Assembly (NCBI GenBank): GCA_019894975.1
Contig: JAGXNO010000067.1
Location: 1 to 15,140, forward strand
Direction: 5' to 3'
Length of the DNA stretch: 15,140 nt
Origin: Promethearchaeota archaeon
GTDB lineage: Archaea > Asgardarchaeota > Lokiarchaeia > Sigyniarchaeales > SOKP01
Shown here: positions 8,177 to 15,140 of the stretch, one piece after another
Position numbering within the stretch: position 1 is the first letter of the stretch
How the letters are laid out: each line of letters begins with the position of its first letter
Position numbers and translations under genes: made by a program
The notes under the pieces: generated by a model
Databases searched by the model: none
What the model was told of the DNA's origin: nothing
What the model saw: the letters and a program-made list of their open reading frames with translations, nothing else

Positions 8177-8192
8177 TTTTTGTAAAAACATT
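8177..8192. terminator. Putative bidirectional terminator between lig and the LRR gene
   Basis: The 16-nt gap contains TTTTT-GT-AAAAA, which gives a U5 tract on each strand. Confidence 0.4.
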
Positions 8193-9551
8193 TTAATAAT
8201 AGATTTTTAATCCTGAGCTTTCTAAATTTTTTAAACTTTTTGGGATTATTTTTACCTTAGTATCTTTTAAATAGAGCTCTTTTAATGATGGCAACGAAGC
8301 GATTGATTTAGGAAGATAATTAATTTCATTCCTTGATAAATTTAAGGTTTTCAAATTGTGAAGGTTACCAATACTCTCTGGAATTCTTTTTAACTTATTA
8401 TCACTTAGGTTTAAAAACTCTAAAGATGAGAGGTGCCCAATACTATCAGGGAGATCAACTAATTCATTCCTTTCCAAATCTAATATCATAAGTGATGAGA
8501 GATATCCTATACCTTCTGGTATTCTCTCAATTTGATTCCAACTTAGAATCAGTTTTTCTAATGAACTAAGTTGTTTCAATGATTCTGGGATTTTTATTAG
8601 TTGGTTATCATGTAAGTCTAGTTCTCTTAGTGATGATAAGTTTTCAATCGAATCGGGTAGAGTTTTAAGTTGGTTTAGTCTAAGGTTCAATGTTTCTAAA
8701 GATATTAATTGTCCAATGGTATTTGGAAGGTATGTAAGTTCATTTTTCCATAAATATAGTTCTCTAAGAGAACTCAGCATACCAATCGATTCAGGTAGTT
8801 TATTCAAGTTATTAACGTTGATATTTAATTCTTCAAGAGATTTTAAGACCCCTAGCCAATCAGGAAGATGTACCAATTGGTTATATCGCAGGATAAGTGT
8901 TTTCAACTGGCCTAGATATTCAATTACTTCTGGTAGCCTTGTTAAACCTTTAAAAATAAAATCTAATTCCACAATTTTGCATTCTTCAATTTCAAACTTT
9001 AATCTCCAATAAGATTTTTCCAATAAAATAATAGTAAAATAGTTAATGAGTATATCGCTCAGATCATTTTTAGAAAACGAATCTATCTCTTTAGTCTCGC
9101 ACATAATTTCAAATCCTAACCTAAACTCTTTTCTCCTAATTTTTTTAACTTCGGAAAGTAAAGTAGATTTTGTTAAAGAATTTGAATTCTCTACTAAATT
9201 TCGTAAAATTTTTATTAGTGTTAAATAGATAGTGTTTAAGCATAAAGGAGAATCCTCATGAATGAGAGCCCACTTCATTGGTTCTAGGATTTTTTCTAAA
9301 TAATTTTTTGCAAGTGTAAGTGCTGCTGTATTTCTAACTACTTCATTCGAATCAGAAATGAGTAAATTTTCTAAAATTTTGAATGTATGATTGTCTTTAA
9401 TTCCAATTCTTCCTATATCATTAATACAGTTAACTCTTACTTTGTCATTATCACTATTTTCAATTAAGGACAATAACAGTTTTGTTGCAGAATGTTTATC
9501 TAAATTATTTTTTAAGAAGTCTTTGTAGATCCTATCCGGGGTCAATTCCAT
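8193..9551 (-). CDS. HEAT-like N-terminal domain + leucine-rich repeat protein (about 11 LRRs of 23 aa)
   Basis: Repeats of LxxLxLxxNxLxxLPxxIxxLxx from about residue 193 (nt ~8975). N-terminal helical repeats include LENLLISDSNEVVRNTAALTL. No signal peptide or transmembrane segment seen. Confidence 0.92.
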   Translation of the reverse strand: MELTPDRIYKDFLKNNLDKHSATKLLLSLIENSDNDKVRVNCINDIGRIGIKDNHTFKILENLLISDSNEVVRNTAALTLAKNYLEKILEPMKWALIHEDSPLCLNTIYLTLIKILRNLVENSNSLTKSTLLSEVKKIRRKEFRLGFEIMCETKEIDSFSKNDLSDILINYFTIILLEKSYWRLKFEIEECKIVELDFIFKGLTRLPEVIEYLGQLKTLILRYNQLVHLPDWLGVLKSLEELNINVNNLNKLPESIGMLSSLRELYLWKNELTYLPNTIGQLISLETLNLRLNQLKTLPDSIENLSSLRELDLHDNQLIKIPESLKQLSSLEKLILSWNQIERIPEGIGYLSSLMILDLERNELVDLPDSIGHLSSLEFLNLSDNKLKRIPESIGNLHNLKTLNLSRNEINYLPKSIASLPSLKELYLKDTKVKIIPKSLKNLESSGLKIYY

Positions 9552-9662
9552 TAGGTTAAAAAATTGATTTTACCTTTTTAAATTACTGCTTTAACTTGTA
9601 TATGACGTTTCAATTATTCATATAACCGGATAAATCTAATTCTTAAATTATTAAGTGCTTAA

Positions 9663-11153
9663 TTATAGTTTAATAACTAATCCCCTAGTTTGTTCTAAAT
9701 CTTTCAAAAAAGGTGGTTTCTCATCAAAACGGTTGAAGTTTAAATCTAATACTTTAAGTGATGTTAATAAAGATATTGATTCAGGAAGTGTCTTTAGTTT
9801 GTTGCCCCATAGGTTTAATTCTTCGAGTGATGATAATGAAGCAATCCAATCTGGTATAGAAGTAAGATTATTCCAACTTAAATTCAATGTTTTAATAGAT
9901 TTCATATTAGTCAATGAAGGAGGAAGTTCTGTTATTTGATTATTTCTTAAATTGAGATGTTCAAGAGACTTCAGATGACCAAATGATATTGGAATTTCAA
10001 ATAATCTATTATCATATAGATCCAAGTGTTTAAGTAAATAAAATTGCCCAATCCAATCGGGTATGTTAATTAATTTATTACCCCCCAATCCCAACCTTTC
10101 TAGAGATAAGAGTTGTTTGACTCCATTTGGAACAGTTTTGAAATTATTCCATCCAAGCTCTAATTCTCTAATTGAACTGCTCAAATTAAAATTTATTAAA
10201 TTTAATTTGTTTCCATGCAAATCCAGAACTTTAAGTGAAGAAAGTAGGTTTAATGTTTCTGGAAGTTCTGCTAGCATATTATTTCTTAAATTTAAATATT
10301 CAAGTATTCGTTGAGAACCTAGTGATTCAGGAAGCATTCTTAGCCGATTAGATTTTAGATTTAAACTCTTCAATATGGTAAAATTTTGAAGATTAGGAAT
10401 TCTTACCAATTTATTATAACTTAAATCTAAATATTCAATTGAGTTATTAACTACATCTGGGAATTTAGTTAAGTGATTAAATCGTAAATCACATTTTTTA
10501 AGATCTTTTACTGTAAAGATTGCTTCTAAAAAATTTTCCAGCTTATTCAAACCAGAACTATATCTCTCAACATTAGATAAATCTAATTCAGTAATCCTGC
10601 CATATTCATTGTTTTTAAATTTAAAATATCCAAATGTCTTCTTTAAAAATGTAATTAAATTATAATTTATCAATATATCTGCAAGTTCCTTATTCGGAAC
10701 ATTTTCTGCATATTCTTTTTTAAAAATATCGTCTCCAGAACGTTTATAATCCTTTTTATGAAACTTATTTAATTCCTTAAGTAACACTAAATTAGCATCA
10801 TCAGTTTCAATCTCACCAATAGTCGAAATAATAGAAATTAGACACTTTAAGGATTTTTCATGTTCAAGAGCCCATATCATAGGATTGAGAGCACTCTCTA
10901 AATAATGATTTCTAAGAACAGAGATTGTTAAGTATCTTATACCCTCATTTAAATCAGAAATTAATAAATGCTCTAGGAATTCAAAGGTTTTCTCGTCATT
11001 TACTTGGATTTTATCGAGGACATTAATGCTTTCTATCCGTGCTTCGATTTTTTCTGCATTATCTATAAGAGTTAACAATAGTTCTATAGCAAATGATTTA
11101 TCTAAATCCCCATTTACAAAATCTCTATAAATAGCTTTTGGTGTTAAAGGCAT
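9663..11153 (-). CDS. HEAT-like N-terminal domain + leucine-rich repeat protein (about 13 LRRs of 21-23 aa); paralog of 8193..9551
   Basis: LRRs start at about residue 187 (nt ~10595). The first 100 aa align without gaps to the neighbouring paralog, with 47 identities by manual count. Confidence 0.92.
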   Translation of the reverse strand: MPLTPKAIYRDFVNGDLDKSFAIELLLTLIDNAEKIEARIESINVLDKIQVNDEKTFEFLEHLLISDLNEGIRYLTISVLRNHYLESALNPMIWALEHEKSLKCLISIISTIGEIETDDANLVLLKELNKFHKKDYKRSGDDIFKKEYAENVPNKELADILINYNLITFLKKTFGYFKFKNNEYGRITELDLSNVERYSSGLNKLENFLEAIFTVKDLKKCDLRFNHLTKFPDVVNNSIEYLDLSYNKLVRIPNLQNFTILKSLNLKSNRLRMLPESLGSQRILEYLNLRNNMLAELPETLNLLSSLKVLDLHGNKLNLINFNLSSSIRELELGWNNFKTVPNGVKQLLSLERLGLGGNKLINIPDWIGQFYLLKHLDLYDNRLFEIPISFGHLKSLEHLNLRNNQITELPPSLTNMKSIKTLNLSWNNLTSIPDWIASLSSLEELNLWGNKLKTLPESISLLTSLKVLDLNFNRFDEKPPFLKDLEQTRGLVIKL

Positions 11154-11177
11154 ACAACCATTTTACAACTGTTTTTT

Positions 11178-12716
11178 TTAAATTCTTTCAATCATCATCC
11201 CACCCAAACGGATAGGTCCTCCGGTTGCATTGTATATTTTTTCTGCTTTTCTTAGTTTGGATTGGCTATGCGAATAAATTCTGAAAACAATTTCTCCCTC
11301 TTTTACTTTTGCTCCTTGTTTTTTGATTATTTCGACACCAGAGCTTTTTGAACTAGGACACCCCGCAGTTTTTGCTATGTGGTTTATTATAGCATTATTT
11401 ACTTCTACGATATATCCTTCTTTTGCGGCAAAGAATTCTTTCATATGAGGTCCAAGTTCAATGTCATCAGGATTAATCTCAGGATTACCACCTTGAGCTT
11501 CTATTATCTTTTTCATTTTATCATAAGCCTTACCTGAACGTAAAATATCTTTCGCTAGACTTTGACCCATGCCTTTCTGAGCTTTTCCACTCATTTCAAG
11601 GATAATCCCAGCTAAATCTGTTGATTTTTCTATCAGAGAATTTGGGCCTGCAGAGTAATCCTTAAGTAAGTTTAAAGCTTCTCTTGCTTCTATAGCAGGT
11701 CCTACTGCATGCCCAATTGGTTGATGAGCTAAGGTTAAAGCACATTCTGATTCAATTCCTACATTAGCCGCAATTTCTTTAAAGATATAAGCAAATTGCT
11801 TCCCATTATCAGGAGTAGGAAACTTAGTTCCTTCCCCAACAGGTATATCAAGAACTAATTTCTTAACACCTAAGGAGAGTTTTTTGGTAAGAATTGAAGG
11901 AATCATTAACCCAATGGGATCCATATGTAAAGGACGTTCAATCTCGATCAAGATATTGTCTGCTGGAGCAATTTCAAGCGCTCCTCCCCAAATTATACAT
12001 GCATTTTCTTTGGAAACAATGTCGTTTAGTTCAGTTGGATTAAAAGCAACTGGTGCTAAGACTTCCATTGAATCTGCAGTACCGGAGGGTGAGGTTATTG
12101 CTCTGGTTGAGGATTTTGGAATAGTTAATCCTGCGGCTGCTACAATTGGGACAATGATAAGTGACACCTTATTCCCAGGAACACCCCCCGTACTATGCTT
12201 GTCATAAACGTCCATCCCGAAGTAAAAGATTTCCCCACTCTTTGTTTCTGCTAAGGTTAAAGCAGTCATCTCCTCATTATCCATTCCATTAATAGAAACG
12301 CCTGTAATAAATGCTGCTAAATCAATTCGAGATAATGATCCTGAAACTGCATCTGATACAATGGCATTAATTTCTTCACTTTTCAGTTTATTTCCTTTAA
12401 TTTTCTTTTGAATAAATTTAAAAGATTCGGGGGGGTCAGCTGGTTTTACCGAGACAAGAACATCATTCTTTAAATTCTTCTTCTCACGTATGATATCAAG
12501 AAATATACCAATTTCTCCAGGTTTTACCATCGTATTTGAGTAATCAATTTGGATGATAGCCGTCCAAAATTTGTCTTGTATAGATTTAGATTGCACATTT
12601 TTAATAAAAATACGTTCACCAGCTTTTTGTCCTAATTCTTGTGCATCATTGACATTTAAAACAATATTTTTGGTATTCCCTGTTTCAAAATTTATTTCCT
12701 TTACTTTAAGCTTCAT
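11178..12716 (-). CDS. deoA: AMP phosphorylase (archaeal nucleoside monophosphate phosphorylase, thymidine phosphorylase family)
   Basis: Motifs DKHSTGGVPGNK, IPKSSTRAITSPSGTADSMEVLAPV, APAD, SILTKKL, QPIGHAVGPAIEA. The extra N-terminal domain and 512-aa length are typical of AMP phosphorylase rather than classical thymidine phosphorylase. Confidence 0.92.
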   Translation of the reverse strand: MKLKVKEINFETGNTKNIVLNVNDAQELGQKAGERIFIKNVQSKSIQDKFWTAIIQIDYSNTMVKPGEIGIFLDIIREKKNLKNDVLVSVKPADPPESFKFIQKKIKGNKLKSEEINAIVSDAVSGSLSRIDLAAFITGVSINGMDNEEMTALTLAETKSGEIFYFGMDVYDKHSTGGVPGNKVSLIIVPIVAAAGLTIPKSSTRAITSPSGTADSMEVLAPVAFNPTELNDIVSKENACIIWGGALEIAPADNILIEIERPLHMDPIGLMIPSILTKKLSLGVKKLVLDIPVGEGTKFPTPDNGKQFAYIFKEIAANVGIESECALTLAHQPIGHAVGPAIEAREALNLLKDYSAGPNSLIEKSTDLAGIILEMSGKAQKGMGQSLAKDILRSGKAYDKMKKIIEAQGGNPEINPDDIELGPHMKEFFAAKEGYIVEVNNAIINHIAKTAGCPSSKSSGVEIIKKQGAKVKEGEIVFRIYSHSQSKLRKAEKIYNATGGPIRLGGMMIERI

Positions 12717-12902
12717 AATCTCAACTTAAATTTCTATTATATACAGATATAAGAAAATCGTGATTAATAATTTTATTACTAATTTGTGGTTGTGACAAAT
12801 AAAATCCCCAGAATAGGGTATATGCTTTTAGAAAAACCATAATAAAAATAAATAAATCAATATTTAGTTAAAATTAAAGATTAGATTGTAAATGGTAATA
12901 AT

Positions 12903-14042
12903 ATGAATAAATTTGAAAGGGCACAGGAATTAATAAAAAAATTGAATGTAGATGGTTGGTTAACAATTTCTGATGAAGGAAGTGATGTTCATTCTCATTT
13001 TTTATTAGGAGTGAATGCCCCTTCTCTTAATTATATTTATATTGCTGCAAATGGAGATCATAGAGTCCTTGCTGTTCAAATGGAAGCACCAATGATTGAA
13101 CGTTCATTGAAGAATAAAGGGATTAAAGCTAAAGTAGATTCTTTTAGTTCTTTGAAAGACCTTGAGTCGAAATTGACTACTTTTATTAATAAACCTCGAA
13201 TTGCATTAAACTTTGGTGAGAATCAGTTTAATGAAAAATCTACCTATTTCGCTGATCATCTAACAGTAGGGAATTACTTTTCTATTAAACACTTAGCTCC
13301 AAACACAGAGTTTATATCCTCAGCACCAATAATATATGGATTAAGAAGTGTAAAAAACCAAGAAGAATTAAAAGACCTAAGAAATGTATGCAAGGCTACT
13401 CTTGAAATACTAGAGACCCTTCCCGATATAGTTAAAAAAGGTATGAGTGAAAATGAAGTTAAAGCAGAAATCGAATATAAATACATGAAATTAGGAAAAC
13501 CATCCTTTCCTGCAATTGTGGGAACAGGAGCTCATTCTGCAGATCCACACCATAATACATCAAATAAGAAAATTGATGAAGGTGTCTTATTAATAGATAC
13601 AGGATTACAAATTGATCAGATGTGTTCAGATATAACCTGGACAGTTTGGGTTGGTAAAAAACCGTCTGATGAATTTATTAATGCGTATAGTGCTCTTTAT
13701 GAATCAAAAGAAATTGCAAATGAATATTTCATTGATGATTCTCCCGCAAACCTTCCTTCTCTAAAGTGTCGCGCTTATCTCGAAGAAAAAGGCTATGATC
13801 ATGAAAAACTTTTCTTTCACGGCTTAGGTCACTCACTTGGCTTTGAAGCTCATGATATCGGCCCTAGAGTTAGTTGGAAAGTATCTAAGGAATCCAAGCT
13901 TAGAGAGAATATGGTATACACAAATGAACCGGGTTTATATTGGAAAGGGAAATGGGGAGTTAGATTAGAGGATGATATAATTATCGGGAAAGATAAGTGT
14001 GAAAAAGTGACTTATAACCATGAGGATCCAATTATAATATAG
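12903..14042 (+). CDS. M24B metallopeptidase (Xaa-Pro dipeptidase/aminopeptidase P family)
   Basis: Motifs LRSVKNQEE, PSFPAIV, DPHH, IDTG, SDITWT, HGLGHSLGFEAHD, TNEPGLY, GVRLEDD, including the D, D, H, E, E metal ligands. Confidence 0.93.
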   Translation: MNKFERAQELIKKLNVDGWLTISDEGSDVHSHFLLGVNAPSLNYIYIAANGDHRVLAVQMEAPMIERSLKNKGIKAKVDSFSSLKDLESKLTTFINKPRIALNFGENQFNEKSTYFADHLTVGNYFSIKHLAPNTEFISSAPIIYGLRSVKNQEELKDLRNVCKATLEILETLPDIVKKGMSENEVKAEIEYKYMKLGKPSFPAIVGTGAHSADPHHNTSNKKIDEGVLLIDTGLQIDQMCSDITWTVWVGKKPSDEFINAYSALYESKEIANEYFIDDSPANLPSLKCRAYLEEKGYDHEKLFFHGLGHSLGFEAHDIGPRVSWKVSKESKLRENMVYTNEPGLYWKGKWGVRLEDDIIIGKDKCEKVTYNHEDPIII

Positions 14043-14101
14043 GATCTTCTAATTTTCTTATGCTTCTTATCTCATAGAGGGGAAATGTAAAATTTAAGTA
14101 A

Positions 14102-15139
14102 TTATAGTTTTATGGCTAAGGTAAATTCCTTTTTGTCTTCAATCAAATTTTGATCTGGATCATTAAACTTACTAGCAATACTAAAAGTGTAATCCCCTGC
14201 TTCAATAGGCTTGAGATTAATTTCCCATTTGATGCTTTCATTGGATCTTAGTGAATAAATCTGTTTCTTCAATGTGCCCCTCATGACTTTAATTTGTTCA
14301 GGAAATTCTACCTCAATATTGAGGTTCAGAGCATCTCCCTGGCTTTTATTCTCAATTAAGATCTCAAGAGGGAAAGTTTGCTCAATGAGAGGGGGTCTTA
14401 AATTTTTTGTAGAAATTTCGAGAGCTGGAGGTGGTGATATTAAATTTGGTACTAGAGTTTGAGAGATTTCATATTTAAACAATAAATCTCCACTCAACTC
14501 AGATGTTAAAAATATAGGCCCTATAAACGGCTTCCCCATTTGAAAATGAGGTTTTATTAGCAAGTTTACCAGTCGTGATTGACCAACTTGTATAGAGATC
14601 GGAAGTTCAGGAATTTTTTGAGAAGTTAAGTTATCAGAAAGAGACATTCCAATCTTTGAGATTATTAACTCTTCTGTTTTATAATTGTAAAAATCTTGTT
14701 TTGTAATTTCTAATAAAGGCTCTGTATTTATATTTAGTAATAGATTAATAGTTTCATTAGTAGTATAAACATCTTTATCAAAATTCAAGCTAATAAGCAA
14801 GGAAGCATATACTTTTGCTATTACTAAGGCTTGCTTTGCTAGAAGTATTTCAGCTTCCCAAAACTTAAAATTAACAAAATCTTTTTGGATTCTCTCAACA
14901 TATTTTTGATCTTTCTCTTTTATTACCATTGTTAGATTAGAAATAAGATGAATTAATGAGTGTTCTTTAAAATAAGTATCATCAACAAAAGTCTTTATCT
15001 TCTTAACTAACTTAAGACCTTCCTCTTGCTCTCCTTTAATGAAATAACATAGATATGAAAGACAGGCAAATAAGATAAAGAAATGATTTCGATCTGAGGT
15101 GCTTCTCAAATTAGGAACATAATTAATAGCCTCTCTAAA
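14102..15139 (-). CDS. 5'-truncated CDS: alpha-helical (TPR-like) region followed by two Ig-like beta-sandwich domains
   Basis: The frame is open to the window edge (FREAINYVPNLRSTSDR...). A helical segment is followed by two beta-rich blocks, the last with the CARDB/ASH-like pattern FPLEILIENKSQGDALNLNIEVEFP...LRSNESIKWEINLKPIEAGDYTF. No C-terminal membrane anchor. Confidence 0.7.
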   Translation of the reverse strand, partial: FREAINYVPNLRSTSDRNHFFILFACLSYLCYFIKGEQEEGLKLVKKIKTFVDDTYFKEHSLIHLISNLTMVIKEKDQKYVERIQKDFVNFKFWEAEILLAKQALVIAKVYASLLISLNFDKDVYTTNETINLLLNINTEPLLEITKQDFYNYKTEELIISKIGMSLSDNLTSQKIPELPISIQVGQSRLVNLLIKPHFQMGKPFIGPIFLTSELSGDLLFKYEISQTLVPNLISPPPALEISTKNLRPPLIEQTFPLEILIENKSQGDALNLNIEVEFPEQIKVMRGTLKKQIYSLRSNESIKWEINLKPIEAGDYTFSIASKFNDPDQNLIEDKKEFTLAIKL

Positions 15140-15140
15140 A

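Noticed and set aside
8193-10595. 69-nt periodicity as a possible CRISPR array, DNA tandem repeat or DGR target
   Set aside because: The periodicity is explained by protein LRR coding and the nucleotide copies are degenerate. No reverse transcriptase or template-repeat/variable-repeat pair was seen.
11178-12716. Classical thymidine phosphorylase
   Set aside because: The length, N-terminal extra domain and GGVPGNK / RAITSP motifs fit archaeal AMP phosphorylase.
12782-12800. ATTTGT-N7-ACAAAT palindrome in the divergent region between AMP phosphorylase and the peptidase
   Set aside because: Arms are only 6 bp in very AT-rich DNA, with no second copy noticed; it cannot be distinguished from chance.
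82-14462. Short antisense ORFs in the track (e.g. 82-282, 452-682, 1865-2104, 4578-5060, 5820-6071, 6406-6908, 7870-8067, 8716-9228, 9655-10314, 11884-12207, 13274-13486, 14274-14462)
   Set aside because: All lie opposite well-supported genes and mostly have Ser/Phe/Leu/Ile-rich shadow composition with no recognisable motifs.

Overview
AT-rich, gene-dense archaeal DNA. The gene set points to an Asgard archaeon, most likely Lokiarchaeia/Promethearchaeia (inference from gene content). Housekeeping genes are hisG-hisD-hisC, an ATP-dependent DNA ligase, AMP phosphorylase and an M24B Xaa-Pro peptidase. Interleaved with them are candidate eukaryote-signature-type genes: a partial longin-like protein, a tandem longin-like protein, a single-domain gelsolin-like protein with a Pro-rich linker, two tandem HEAT-like+LRR paralogs, and a partial alpha-solenoid + tandem Ig-like protein. 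The most notable direct observation is that the 436..1476 ORF stays open in frame up to 1707. The extension encodes a C4 zinc ribbon (CPFC-x13-CPKC) with no in-frame ATG/GTG/TTG upstream of it, implying a non-canonical (ATA/ATT) start or a 1-nt frameshift. No RNA genes, CRISPR arrays or mobile elements were recognised. Domain calls were made by eye, without searches.
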